Below, piece after piece: positions 1 to 9,789 of a stretch of DNA of 64,000 nucleotides; the first letter of the stretch is position 1; each line of letters begins with the position of its first letter. The position numbers and the translations under genes were made by a program. Source of the DNA: Fibrobacteria bacterium (lineage in GTDB: Bacteria > Fibrobacterota > Chitinivibrionia > Chitinivibrionales > FEN-1185). The notes beneath the pieces were generated by a model. It ran no database searches. It was not told where the DNA came from and was given only the letters and a program-made list of their open reading frames with translations. Where the stretch lies: positions 1-64,000 of the forward strand of contig JBBIGR010000025.1 in NCBI GenBank assembly GCA_037447435.1. The letters run 5' to 3'.

Positions 1-4
1 CGGA

Positions 5-2071
5 TCAAACGATAATGGGGTGCCGAATGGGCAAGAATAGGCAATTGCCGGATTCATCGGAAAAATTTGCTGCAGACTCGAAAAGACCGGTGATATTCAT
101 GCTTAATTTTGGACCCACAAAAAAAGTGCAGCTCCCTTTAATTTGGTGCAGAGGATATTGCGTCCATCGGGTCGACGACGAATCATTGCTGTTTGCCAAA
201 TATACATACGTTTTAGGGTCGGGTTTCATGCCGAAGGGCCTTGAAAAATCATATCCTAATTGTAAATCAATCCATTTTAATTCGTTGAATCGAAATCCCA
301 GTTCAAATCCCATAGCTTTTAAATCTTCAGGTGAATTCTGAAATGCCCCGGCATATCCGTTCCAATTTTCAATATTTCGCGCCAATGCCAACCGTGCAGT
401 ATCCATATTACTCTCATTATACGCCCGCCATGCGAGTGAATTGGAAGTGATATTCATGTACAAATTGAGGTTTGCCGTAAAACCGAATGTTGAAACAGGT
501 TGCGTTGTAGCATTAATTTCCAATGAACGCATTTTTTCTGCTTCAAGAGCCGGCAGGGTTTCCTTTCCATGCGCTGCAAAGGTATAATTCAGCCGCCCCA
601 GGTACAAAAAATAAGCTGCATCCGGCCAACGGAAACCTTCTTGATAAGAGGTTTTGACAACTGTTTTAGGGAACAATTCATACGCAAGGGCAATACGCGG
701 CGAAAAGGCAGACTGCGAAGGCATTTTATCGTGAACGATAACCGTGTCCGCCGATAATGTATCTGTAAAGGTCCCATATTTAACACCGTCAACACGCCCG
801 CCCAAAGACACAGTCAGGGGATCGGTAATATTCCACAAGTCTTCCGTGTAGGCCTCGTATTCGGTCCAGCTTCCGAGCATGCTTTCCTGCATTTCGAGTT
901 TATCGGATTCAAACCATTGTTTTTTGGGATCGAAGCTTCGGTATCCTACCCCGGCACCAACGACAAATTTGTTCTTTCCGTCAAAAAATTCCTGTCGGTA
1001 CAATCCCCGACCGGCAGCGTGCATTTCACGCCCAGCTTTTGGTCCCTGATTGTAGTTGTCCATGACTCCATGATCAAAAAACTCAACGGGAACCGTGAAT
1101 TCAAGCGAATTGGTATTGCAAAAATCCTTTCTGTATTTGGCCATTAATGCCGTAAAGGTCTGCCAGGAATACCGGTCGTCTACCCTGAATTGCTCATGAT
1201 TATCAATTTCGATGGGACTGTCTGGCGATTTGACAATTCTTTGGATCTGGGCGTTGAGCGAAAATTCCTTAAGTCGCAAATACGCCGCAAATCGTAGCGC
1301 CTCATCCAATTTCATACAAACCAGGTCGTTGGGCACCCACGATTGATCTTTAATAAATTTTCCATCCTGCAAACCCATTTCAGCGCTGTTTTTCGGATGA
1401 AACCCTTCCGCGGTCGCCACTCCGCCATACAAATACAGGTTCCTCTCATTTTTCCAGTCTATGCCCACTCCTGCTTCATATTTTTGCAATTTTTCCAAAA
1501 GCCCGTAGGAAATCTGTCCATTTACGCCTTCATAATCCTTGCCATTTTTGGGAATCATGTTTATAAATCCGTTAATTGCGCCGGATCCATGCAACAATGC
1601 CCCGGGACCGTTGATGACTTCTATTTTAGCAATATCACCTAAAAACGGCGATTCCAATCCCGTCGAATATCCGAAATGGCTTTTTTGATTCAGCCCCTGA
1701 CCGTCGACCATGAAAAGGGTTTTCGAGCTCTGATCGAAATTGAGACCGCGAGTGCCGATTACGGGGCCGGTTTGCTTTTGAAATCCGATATTTATTCCCG
1801 GAGTGTAATATTCAAAAACATCTCTAATATAGGTAATCGGCTTATCTTGCAATTCTTTTGTGGTAATTGTCCAGATAGAGCCTGGAGCCTTGTTTTTATC
1901 CGTGATGAAGAAATTGACAGATTCGACATTCAGATTGAGTATTTCCGCGAGCGACAATTGATTAAGTTCGGCGTCGGGCAACGCAAAAACACGGTCCGAA
2001 TAAAATAAAATAAAAACAATAAAAAGGTAATATTTACACAGGAAAACTAAATACGACAACAACCGTTTCAT
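5..2071 (-). CDS. TonB-dependent outer-membrane receptor (plug + barrel), C-terminus atypical or possibly truncated
   Basis: Signal peptide; plug motifs TRG...LFMVDG and IAKIEVINGPGALLHGSGAINGFINMI; barrel motifs LGGRVD, FSPRIALAY, YQEGFRWP, LEAEK; AGGAGAGG RBS. Ends HPIIV rather than with an aromatic beta-signal. Confidence 0.85.
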   Translation of the reverse strand: MKRLLSYLVFLCKYYLFIVFILFYSDRVFALPDAELNQLSLAEILNLNVESVNFFITDKNKAPGSIWTITTKELQDKPITYIRDVFEYYTPGINIGFQKQTGPVIGTRGLNFDQSSKTLFMVDGQGLNQKSHFGYSTGLESPFLGDIAKIEVINGPGALLHGSGAINGFINMIPKNGKDYEGVNGQISYGLLEKLQKYEAGVGIDWKNERNLYLYGGVATAEGFHPKNSAEMGLQDGKFIKDQSWVPNDLVCMKLDEALRFAAYLRLKEFSLNAQIQRIVKSPDSPIEIDNHEQFRVDDRYSWQTFTALMAKYRKDFCNTNSLEFTVPVEFFDHGVMDNYNQGPKAGREMHAAGRGLYRQEFFDGKNKFVVGAGVGYRSFDPKKQWFESDKLEMQESMLGSWTEYEAYTEDLWNITDPLTVSLGGRVDGVKYGTFTDTLSADTVIVHDKMPSQSAFSPRIALAYELFPKTVVKTSYQEGFRWPDAAYFLYLGRLNYTFAAHGKETLPALEAEKMRSLEINATTQPVSTFGFTANLNLYMNITSNSLAWRAYNESNMDTARLALARNIENWNGYAGAFQNSPEDLKAMGFELGFRFNELKWIDLQLGYDFSRPFGMKPDPKTYVYLANSNDSSSTRWTQYPLHQIKGSCTFFVGPKLSMNITGLFESAANFSDESGNCLFLPIRHPIIV

Positions 2072-2770
2072 ACCTCTCCTTAACCTTAGGTAAAAAAACC
2101 TCTATAATTCTTTTTTATTGCGCGATCGATGAGCCTACAACACGATATTGTTTAAAACGTTCGATTCATGCCGCCATTAACAGCGTAGGCGGCTCAACCG
2201 GAAAACAAATGCAACAACCAACAAAATGTTTGTTGTGGAAATTATAAACAATATTTTTTCTAATATACCAACTTAAGGGAAAATAAAATATTCACAATAT
2301 TTTATTTTAAACAAACTACTTACCTTATAAGTAATTGAAATGCAAAAGCATATAGTACTCATATTATTAAAGTAACAGACATGACCACCTTTATTAATAA
2401 AAACATGATTCCATTTGGAAAATTTTTTCTCCAGCCTTTCCACAAACAATATTTGTTTTTTGCACTTGTTGATTCCTAAACCGCCTCATTGGTATATGTT
2501 TTCTTTTCAACGGTTGCAAAATCCTTTATTGCTAATTTTATTAATACCCAATTATCATATTCTGGTTCGAATTTTTCCTTTATTTTTTTAAAAAAAAGTA
2601 TAACTATACTTAAAATTTAATAAACAAGAAATATTATCCCCCTAAGTCCTTGTATTATAAAATTGTTTTGTACTCAAAACGTTTTTTTCGGGGTATTAAT
2701 TTATTTTTTCATTATATTGGTTATATCAAAAGAAAAATATTGTTGATTGGTTTTTCCAAATGGGGGCTCA

Positions 2771-4333
2771 GTGAAAAGACGGAACTTTCTTACTGCTGGA
2801 GCGAGCTTTTTAGCCGGCTCACCAATGATTTTTAGCAAAAAAAGCCTTCTGTGGGCAGCAAGTCCTTCCTCAAAAATCGCAATTGCATATAACCCAAAAG
2901 CCTCGAGCGTTACCGGCGGCAGCGCCGATGGAACCCTCGCCTGGACTTTTTCAGTCGACCAAACAATTATCAACAATATGGTCGATCAAGCGATCATAGC
3001 CCTTACCGGAATGTCGTCCGTTGGATTGGCTTGGGAATCAATTATTAAAGCAAAAGTTCCGGCTTTATCGACAACGACAAAAATCGGGATTAAAATAAAT
3101 GCAGCCTATTTCGGGACCTATTATACGTACGACAAACGTTGCCCCTATATGAATCGCGGCGAACTTATTGCCGCGGTTGTCAATGGATTGAAGCAAATGC
3201 TGGGCGGAACCTACAATATCGAAAACGTGACCGTATTTGAACGGAAAGTGTATGACGGATTCGAAAAATATATGCCTGCAAACGGTTTCCCGGCTTCTGC
3301 AAACGGATCAAACTCGTACGATGTCGGCGGAAGCGGTACAGGGCAACAACGAACGGTTTTGGTCAATTCTTCCGATACGAGCTCCTCATCGTTTTCAATC
3401 GGCCCCATTCAGGGAACGACCTGCACGCAATCGATTTTGAATATCGTAACCCAGCAAGCGGTACTTATCGATATCGCAGTTCCTAAAGTAAATAGAGGCG
3501 CCGGCGTGACCGGGTGCATGAAAAACTGCTTTGGCATGGTTGGTGACTGTAGCAAAACGCATCCGAAAAACGGCGGACTGGGCGATATTATTCATGATTG
3601 CGTTCCTGCGTATTACAAAGCAATCAATGCCGTCGTACCAATAGCGCTTAATATTTTGGACGGAATCGGCGGTAATTATGCGAAAGACGCCTATGAAGGC
3701 CCCGCATTCATCGCCAATAAAATAGCCCTGAGCACCGATCCGGTGACTCTGGACTTTTTAGCAGTCGAGCTTGTCAACACGGCGCGAACGGCGAACGGCT
3801 GGGCCGCCGTTCAAACCCCGGCGGTGACAACGGACCGCTATACGATGCAGGGCGCAATGTATCCCGGGACCGTAAACAGTTCTCCGACAAAAACCTTTTA
3901 TGATGATATAAACAATTCGTTTTCTACTTATGTCAATTGTCATTCCCTGGCAGTTGCCGCACAATCGGGCCTCGGCACTCTGAATGCAGGAAACAGGATC
4001 ATCATCGACACCAGCGGGGTCATTATGCCTAGCGAGCTTGCATCGCTCGATGTGCCGCACGGCCGAGTGTTAGGCGCACACCGAAACGGGAATTCCTGGC
4101 GCTTGAATATCCAACTCGACGGGTCGGGCCGCACCCATTCGGCGACATCTCGAATTGTCGACCTTACCGGAAGAGAGCTGCGCTCGTTTCCGTCCCAAAA
4201 AACCTCCTTTGCATCTATGTCGTTTGATTGGGACGGGAAAAACTCCTTTGGCCAATCCGCGGCAAAAGGCGTGTATTGCTGGGAAACGACCGTCGACGGT
4301 GTTGCAAGCTCACAAACCATTCATTTTCAATAA
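2771..4333 (+). CDS. Tat-exported DUF362-family protein with C-terminal FlgD/T9SS-CTD-like Ig domain
   Basis: GTG start at 2771 after GGGGG; KRRNFL twin-arginine motif; DUF362-like IGIKIN, PKVNRGAGVTGCMKNCFG and STDPVTLD; C-terminal IVDLTGRELR...WDGKNSFGQSAAKGVY. Confidence 0.75.
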   Translation: MKRRNFLTAGASFLAGSPMIFSKKSLLWAASPSSKIAIAYNPKASSVTGGSADGTLAWTFSVDQTIINNMVDQAIIALTGMSSVGLAWESIIKAKVPALSTTTKIGIKINAAYFGTYYTYDKRCPYMNRGELIAAVVNGLKQMLGGTYNIENVTVFERKVYDGFEKYMPANGFPASANGSNSYDVGGSGTGQQRTVLVNSSDTSSSSFSIGPIQGTTCTQSILNIVTQQAVLIDIAVPKVNRGAGVTGCMKNCFGMVGDCSKTHPKNGGLGDIIHDCVPAYYKAINAVVPIALNILDGIGGNYAKDAYEGPAFIANKIALSTDPVTLDFLAVELVNTARTANGWAAVQTPAVTTDRYTMQGAMYPGTVNSSPTKTFYDDINNSFSTYVNCHSLAVAAQSGLGTLNAGNRIIIDTSGVIMPSELASLDVPHGRVLGAHRNGNSWRLNIQLDGSGRTHSATSRIVDLTGRELRSFPSQKTSFASMSFDWDGKNSFGQSAAKGVYCWETTVDGVASSQTIHFQ

Positions 4334-4361
4334 AGTCAACATACGGAGGACAAATTTTCTT

Positions 4362-4811
4362 ATGCGAATATTTTCAATGGTTTCAATTGTCGGGATTGTG
4401 CTGAGCATTTCGGTATTTTTCATTTCGTGTAACGACCCCGTATCGCCCAAATCCTTTTCGGGAATTTTCAAAGTAAAAAGCAATTCTATCCCGAATGTCG
4501 CAAGCAATCCCGACGCAGTTACCAAAGCATCCAATATTTTGGATTCTCTTTTTGTCAGAATCGATTCGATTCCCAAAACCGACAGCATCATGAATATTAC
4601 CCTCGATTGGGGTGATAACTCAAATATCAATACGTACGCAGGGAACAAATTTACCTTGGGGGCCAACTATGTAGGACTGACGCACTGGTATACGAGAGCT
4701 GCAGACACCATAAACGGTTTTTGCACAACAAAAGCGACGATTACGACATTTGGCGGCACGGCTCATGATACCACTTTCAGGGTTAAAGTTTTAAAAAAAG
4801 GTTCTTATTAA
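4362..4811 (+). CDS. Hypothetical lipoprotein with PKD-like beta domain
   Basis: ATG at 4362 after GGAGG; lipobox FFISC; DWGD...HWY pattern typical of PKD folds. Confidence 0.6.
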   Translation: MRIFSMVSIVGIVLSISVFFISCNDPVSPKSFSGIFKVKSNSIPNVASNPDAVTKASNILDSLFVRIDSIPKTDSIMNITLDWGDNSNINTYAGNKFTLGANYVGLTHWYTRAADTINGFCTTKATITTFGGTAHDTTFRVKVLKKGSY

Positions 4812-4865
4812 CTGTCGACTTATTCTAAACGAAACACAACATTCCCTCTCATTTTGGAGGAACGC

Positions 4866-5972
4866 ATGAAGATAGTTTCCCTTTGCTTGCTGGTACTTTG
4901 CACGTCTTTGACTACGGTAATGGCTCATTCAGTCACCTTGCCGGCTTCGATATACAGTTCTACCGATCAAGTCCAAAACGTGGTAACTACCGGCCTTTCG
5001 ACTGCCGAAGGCCCATCGTGGGACCCGGTGGGAAACGCGCTTTACTTCACCGATTACACGGTCAATGCAATATTTAAGGTACCCGGAGGCAGCGGTACCG
5101 CAACAAAATACAAACAAGGCCTCAACATCGTTTGCGGAACAGCCATAGATGCCCAAAACCGATTGATATTCGGTGAACGGAGCAAAATGTCGGCGGTACA
5201 ATTATCAACCGGGGTCGTAACGGTCCTTACCGATTCGGCCCACGGCATAGCGGCAGGCAGGACGGTCAATGATCTTACATTGGCTTCGGACGGCGGTATA
5301 TTCTTTTCGCATAACGAATGGTCTTCCGAATGTTATGTTTATTATTTGCCGCCGAACGGTACGGCTCAGAAGAAACTAACCTTTCCAAACGGCCAATTTC
5401 CCAATGGGCTTGAATATTTTGAAAAAAAGAATATTCTTTTCGTAAATCTGTCGCAAGTAAATAAAGTCGTTAAATACAGCGTTGACACACAGAAAAACCT
5501 CACCAATCAAACCAATTTTGCCACTGTAAACGGTCCGGACGGCATCACGTTCGATGAAAACGGCAACGTTTACGTAGCTGAGGGCGGAACATCATCAATC
5601 GATGTCTTCGACTCCACCGGCACAAAACTCGGCTCCATTACCATAAATACAGGCGGAGCAACAAATTGCACATTCGGCGGTTCCGACAATCAAACCCTAT
5701 TTATCACTTCCGGAGCCGGCGTCTACAGCGTTCATCTCAAGGTTAAAGGATATAACCCATTCAGCACTCCTATAGCTAATGTCGTTAAGGGAAATGCTTC
5801 GCAAACGGCAAAAACAATTTCCGCATCCAAGAGAACCGTATCTGTCAAGGGAATATCCGGGAATACCGCGACTTCCAAGTGTGAGTTTTCGGTTTTGGGA
5901 AGAAGTGTCTCTAAAAATTCTCAAGCAGGTCTGACAGCAAGCGGCCTTTATTTTGGTACTCAGAAAAAGTAA
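4866..5972 (+). CDS. Secreted SMP-30/gluconolactonase/LRE family beta-propeller
   Basis: GGAGG RBS; signal peptide; EGPSWD, LYFTD, VNDL, FPNGL, PDGITFDENGNVYVA, TNCTFGG motifs; basic C-terminal tail with SVLGR...GLY. Confidence 0.85.
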   Translation: MKIVSLCLLVLCTSLTTVMAHSVTLPASIYSSTDQVQNVVTTGLSTAEGPSWDPVGNALYFTDYTVNAIFKVPGGSGTATKYKQGLNIVCGTAIDAQNRLIFGERSKMSAVQLSTGVVTVLTDSAHGIAAGRTVNDLTLASDGGIFFSHNEWSSECYVYYLPPNGTAQKKLTFPNGQFPNGLEYFEKKNILFVNLSQVNKVVKYSVDTQKNLTNQTNFATVNGPDGITFDENGNVYVAEGGTSSIDVFDSTGTKLGSITINTGGATNCTFGGSDNQTLFITSGAGVYSVHLKVKGYNPFSTPIANVVKGNASQTAKTISASKRTVSVKGISGNTATSKCEFSVLGRSVSKNSQAGLTASGLYFGTQKK

Positions 5973-5994
5973 GGCGTTTTTTAGCAAGAACAAT

Positions 5995-6034
5995 AAAAAA
6001 AGCCGATTCGCACAGTGCGGAATCGGCTTTTTTT
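5995..6034. terminator. Bidirectional intrinsic terminator
   Basis: A-run, AGCCGATTC...GAATCGGCT stem, T-run; lies between convergent genes. Confidence 0.85.
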
Positions 6035-6053
6035 ATTCATTTGGCAACAATCG

Positions 6054-6422
6054 TTATCTCGCTATCGTCACCCTTTTTTTCAAGGTTGCATTTCCGGTAT
6101 TGACAAGGCATACATAACTGCCGGGAACGATTCCGCGCGTGTTCATATATGCATCGACCGTTCCTTCGGTGACATCGACGTAATCGCGAATTCTCGTCAC
6201 GCCGTCAATGGATATGAGAGTAATTTGAACGCTTGTGCCCGTCAATGAAGTCAGGACAATCGACGTCTGTCCAATATGCAATAACGGCATTTTTTGTTTG
6301 GAAACAGCAATTTTGGTCTTTTCGGATCCGGCAGGAGAAGAATTTTCCGCAAAGCTGCCGAAGCTGGCTAAAAGAATAAACACGATAAGTGAAGGAAAAA
6401 GAAACGTGAAATTTCTTTTCAT
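6054..6422 (-). CDS. Small secreted protein, mostly a T9SS-CTD-like domain
   Basis: MKRNFTFLF signal peptide from ATG 6422 after CAGGGGG; C-terminal ISIDG...PGSYVCLVNTG...KKRVTIAR. Confidence 0.55.
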   Translation of the reverse strand: MKRNFTFLFPSLIVFILLASFGSFAENSSPAGSEKTKIAVSKQKMPLLHIGQTSIVLTSLTGTSVQITLISIDGVTRIRDYVDVTEGTVDAYMNTRGIVPGSYVCLVNTGNATLKKRVTIAR

Positions 6423-6721
6423 CCTTGCCCCCTGTATAATGATTTTATACTCCATATGGTAAATATATTATGTATACGATCCTCCTGCATCACAAATTTC
6501 CTTTAAAACCCTAAAATCCAAATTTCCTAATCTGGATTAAAATAGGGCCGCCGCATAATTTTCAGGCCCCATTGTTGTGCTTCTCTATCTCAACAAGTAT
6601 CGTATTTATAAGAAAATCACGCATTTGCGTTAAACGGAGTTTCGCGATTTGCTGAATGTATTTTTAAGTAAGACACTGAGCACCCTCTTGATTATAACAG
6701 GAATTAAATAGGATTGCCATT

Positions 6722-7690
6722 ATGCGCATTTTTATCGACACTTCGTTTCCTTCGGACGCCATGAAACTTTTGCAAGACGGAACGACCGGCCACGAACTTA
6801 TCGTATCGAATGCTCCTTCATCTTCCGTACTTGACGTTGCAAAATGGGATGATAGAATTGTCAACGCCCACGTATTTTTCGGTCAAATTGATCCTGTTTT
6901 TATTGAAAGGGCAAAAGACCTGAAATGGATTCACGTCAGCTCTTCGGGCATTACCCGGTACGACAATAAGGCGTTCAGGGAAATTGTAACAAAACGCAAC
7001 ATTGCAGTCTCGAACAGTGCATCGGTATATAAGGAACAATGTGCTGTTCACGCATTGAGTTTCATTGTGGCACAGGCAAGAAATCTTCCCGATGCGCTAA
7101 AGACGCGCACCGCATGCGGTACTCGGCAATGGCATGAGCTTCGCGCTTCTTGCACGCCGTTACAAAATCAAACTGTTTTACTTTTCGGTTTCGGCGCGAT
7201 CGGCACTCGGCTTGCCGAATTGCTCAAGCCGTTTCAAATGAACGTGTTGGCATATCGCCGCAAAGCGCGCGGTACCGAAAACGTTCCGGTCATATCATCC
7301 GGGCAATTGGAAAGCATACTCTCGATGCAAGTTGACCATATTGTAAATATCCTGCCGTATAGCGCCGAAACGCATCATTTTTTCAACGCACGGTTTTTCT
7401 CTCAGGTTAAACCCGGCGCCGTTTTTTACAACATCGGCCGGGGAGCGACCGTGGATCAGGACGCTCTTTTAAACGCATTGCAATCGCGACGATTAAAGGC
7501 CGCATGGCTTGACGTAACAGACCCGGAACCGCTCGGCGTCGATAACCCGTTGCTTTCGGAGCCTCATTGCTTTATCACACCGCATGTGGCAGGCGGCGAT
7601 TCGGACGAAGTCGTTAAATTGATCCGGCATTTCAACGAAAACTGTGCCCGCTTTACAAAAAACGAGGAGTTGATCGACAGAGTCATGTAA
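6722..7690 (+). CDS. D-isomer-specific 2-hydroxyacid dehydrogenase
   Basis: GFGAIG Rossmann motif, NIGRG, AWLDVTDPEPL, ITPHVAG catalytic motifs. Confidence 0.9.
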   Translation: MRIFIDTSFPSDAMKLLQDGTTGHELIVSNAPSSSVLDVAKWDDRIVNAHVFFGQIDPVFIERAKDLKWIHVSSSGITRYDNKAFREIVTKRNIAVSNSASVYKEQCAVHALSFIVAQARNLPDALKTRTACGTRQWHELRASCTPLQNQTVLLFGFGAIGTRLAELLKPFQMNVLAYRRKARGTENVPVISSGQLESILSMQVDHIVNILPYSAETHHFFNARFFSQVKPGAVFYNIGRGATVDQDALLNALQSRRLKAAWLDVTDPEPLGVDNPLLSEPHCFITPHVAGGDSDEVVKLIRHFNENCARFTKNEELIDRVM

Positions 7691-7735
7691 TGCCCTCCGA
7701 CAAGCCTCGTCAGGGCATGCAGCGACGAATTTTAT

Positions 7736-8677
7736 TTAATGATAATCTTCGTTTTTTATAAGCTTGAGCCGGATTTCCTCAAGCAGTCTTCTGTTGGCGG
7801 CAATCACTTCTCCGATGAGCCCCAGAACAATACTTTGGAACCCCATCAGCGCGAGAATGGCAAGGAGAATGAGCGATTGGACATGACCGGCACTGTTCCC
7901 TTGTGCAAAGAAAACCATATATCTTATCCCAAGTACCAGCGAAACACAAAGAAACAACGATCCTATACCGACGAAAAAACGCAACGGATGATACATGAGA
8001 AATGCGCGAACGACAGCGCCGATCGATCGTCCGATATACCCTGGAATATTTTTTACCAGCCTCGATTTGCGACGAGGTGGATTAATGGTAATGGGCACAT
8101 TAACCAATCGGAATCGTTTGATCCCCGCAAGCATCAAGGTTTCCATGGTATATGAGAATTTCCCGTGAATAAACATCGCCATGATCGCATCGCGATTGAA
8201 CGCACGGAATCCGCTCGCCGCATCCATAACCGGAACGGATGAAAAGAAACGCACAAATACGGTGCCTAAACGTTCCAGCATCATTTTAAGCGGGGAAAAC
8301 GGCTCCGGCGTTGATGAAAGCCTGTTACCTAAAACTATATCCGCTTGCTTTTTAAGTATCGGCAGTATGAGCTGCTCAATATGTACGGAAGGATATGGCA
8401 TATCGGCATCGGTATTGACCAGAATATCCGCATTGCGGCGTATGGCGGCGGCGATGCCCGCAGAAAACGCTTCGGCAAGCCCCATGTGCCGCGGAAGCCG
8501 AACCACCTCGTCAACGCCGGCCTTTGCAGCAACCTCAGCGGTTGCGTCGGAGGAACCGTCATCGATTATCATGATTTCTATGATATCTATCCCCGGCATG
8601 CCACGCGGCAATGACGCTATCACGTCGGCAATGCACGCCTGCTCGTTCCAACATGGAATTTGAATAACCAATTTCAT
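7736..8677 (-). CDS. Glycosyltransferase family 2 (DPM1/GtrB-like, two C-terminal TM helices)
   Basis: IPCWNE, IDDGSSD, DAD (DxD), DAASGFRAF motifs; two hydrophobic C-terminal helices. Confidence 0.9.
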   Translation of the reverse strand: MKLVIQIPCWNEQACIADVIASLPRGMPGIDIIEIMIIDDGSSDATAEVAAKAGVDEVVRLPRHMGLAEAFSAGIAAAIRRNADILVNTDADMPYPSVHIEQLILPILKKQADIVLGNRLSSTPEPFSPLKMMLERLGTVFVRFFSSVPVMDAASGFRAFNRDAIMAMFIHGKFSYTMETLMLAGIKRFRLVNVPITINPPRRKSRLVKNIPGYIGRSIGAVVRAFLMYHPLRFFVGIGSLFLCVSLVLGIRYMVFFAQGNSAGHVQSLILLAILALMGFQSIVLGLIGEVIAANRRLLEEIRLKLIKNEDYH

Positions 8678-8714
8678 ATTACGTTCCTTAAGGATCAGGA
8701 GAATTTAAAGTATA

Positions 8715-9758
8715 TCATTTTCTTACCGCTGGTTGCAATATATCGTCCCCAAAGCGCGAGGAAAGTTGGCCCGCCAGATACATGCCGATGGCCTTATGAG
8801 CTGCATGGTTCCAATGCCCTCTTGTTTTAGTCGCTTTCCAAAAATACGGATCAATACCTTCTTGTTGCAGTGCGTTCAGACACGGCTCGAGCGAGTACAC
8901 GCTGATGCCGGTACTCCGTATAAAGCGGTCTATGTCGGAAGGCACACCGTATTTATAGACTATGATATTCCGCGGGTCCTTTGCCAATTGACGTAGTATC
9001 ATTTTAGTGGTTTCATTGAAACCTTTTTCCGTGCCGGCCATCCGTTTATCGGCGGGATTCTTCCAATATAATTTATCAAGAATGATATGGCCGGTTTCCT
9101 GTGTCGCGATCAGGCCTTCACACTTGAATACGAGCCGAAACAACGAGGAATTCTGCGTGATAAATCTGGTATTGTCATATAATCGGTATTTTCCCCCGTA
9201 TTTATAGTCATCGACGATCGCAATCGAATCGGGTTTTACAACACAGTAAGGCCCCATGTTTTTGTAATACGATTCTGCGAAATCACTGGTATCAACAAAG
9301 AAAACCGCGCAATCGTAATCAAATCCATTTACGACCTTTTTGTAATAACAGTAAATATCCGAAAGGTCGAACCTTCCAAACCCGAAATTCAACACTTCAA
9401 CGGGCTTTTTCCAATGTTCCTCCAACGCCGTTTCCATTAAGCGGCCAAAATAGTATTTTTCGTCAACATTGATACCGGAAACAAAGGAATTTCCGAGCAA
9501 GACAAAACGGTAGGTACCGGGCCTTTTTCCGCGAGATCGCGCGGCTCCAAAATAACCGAACGTATTGGTCGCTCCAAGATAATAGCTTTCGGATAAATAT
9601 AAAATAGGACGATTCGGGATATTCACGATACCGACGGTCGAGTCTATCGTCGTCCATAATGGCGGTTCTATCTCGCCAACCCGCAAATAAACCTCGATCA
9701 GTCCCAGTGCGCCAAAAAAGGATAGTATCCCTAAACTAATAAAAGCAATTTTCTTCAT
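8715..9758 (-). CDS. Membrane-anchored SGNH/GDSL-fold protein (AlgJ/AlgX/PatB-like acyltransferase partner)
   Basis: N-terminal TM ending IEVYLR; LLGNSF block I; EVLNFG; GHWN..AH near the C-terminus; adjacent to MBOAT gene. Confidence 0.7.
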   Translation of the reverse strand: MKKIAFISLGILSFFGALGLIEVYLRVGEIEPPLWTTIDSTVGIVNIPNRPILYLSESYYLGATNTFGYFGAARSRGKRPGTYRFVLLGNSFVSGINVDEKYYFGRLMETALEEHWKKPVEVLNFGFGRFDLSDIYCYYKKVVNGFDYDCAVFFVDTSDFAESYYKNMGPYCVVKPDSIAIVDDYKYGGKYRLYDNTRFITQNSSLFRLVFKCEGLIATQETGHIILDKLYWKNPADKRMAGTEKGFNETTKMILRQLAKDPRNIIVYKYGVPSDIDRFIRSTGISVYSLEPCLNALQQEGIDPYFWKATKTRGHWNHAAHKAIGMYLAGQLSSRFGDDILQPAVRK

Positions 9759-9789
9759 TCCGATACCCCGGTCGGATCAGGAGGATTTC

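Noticed and set aside
2072..2770. AT-rich intergenic region with two TTTCCACA motifs as a possible oriC
   Set aside because: Only two imperfect DnaA-box-like sites, and no dnaA, dnaN, gidA or par genes nearby.
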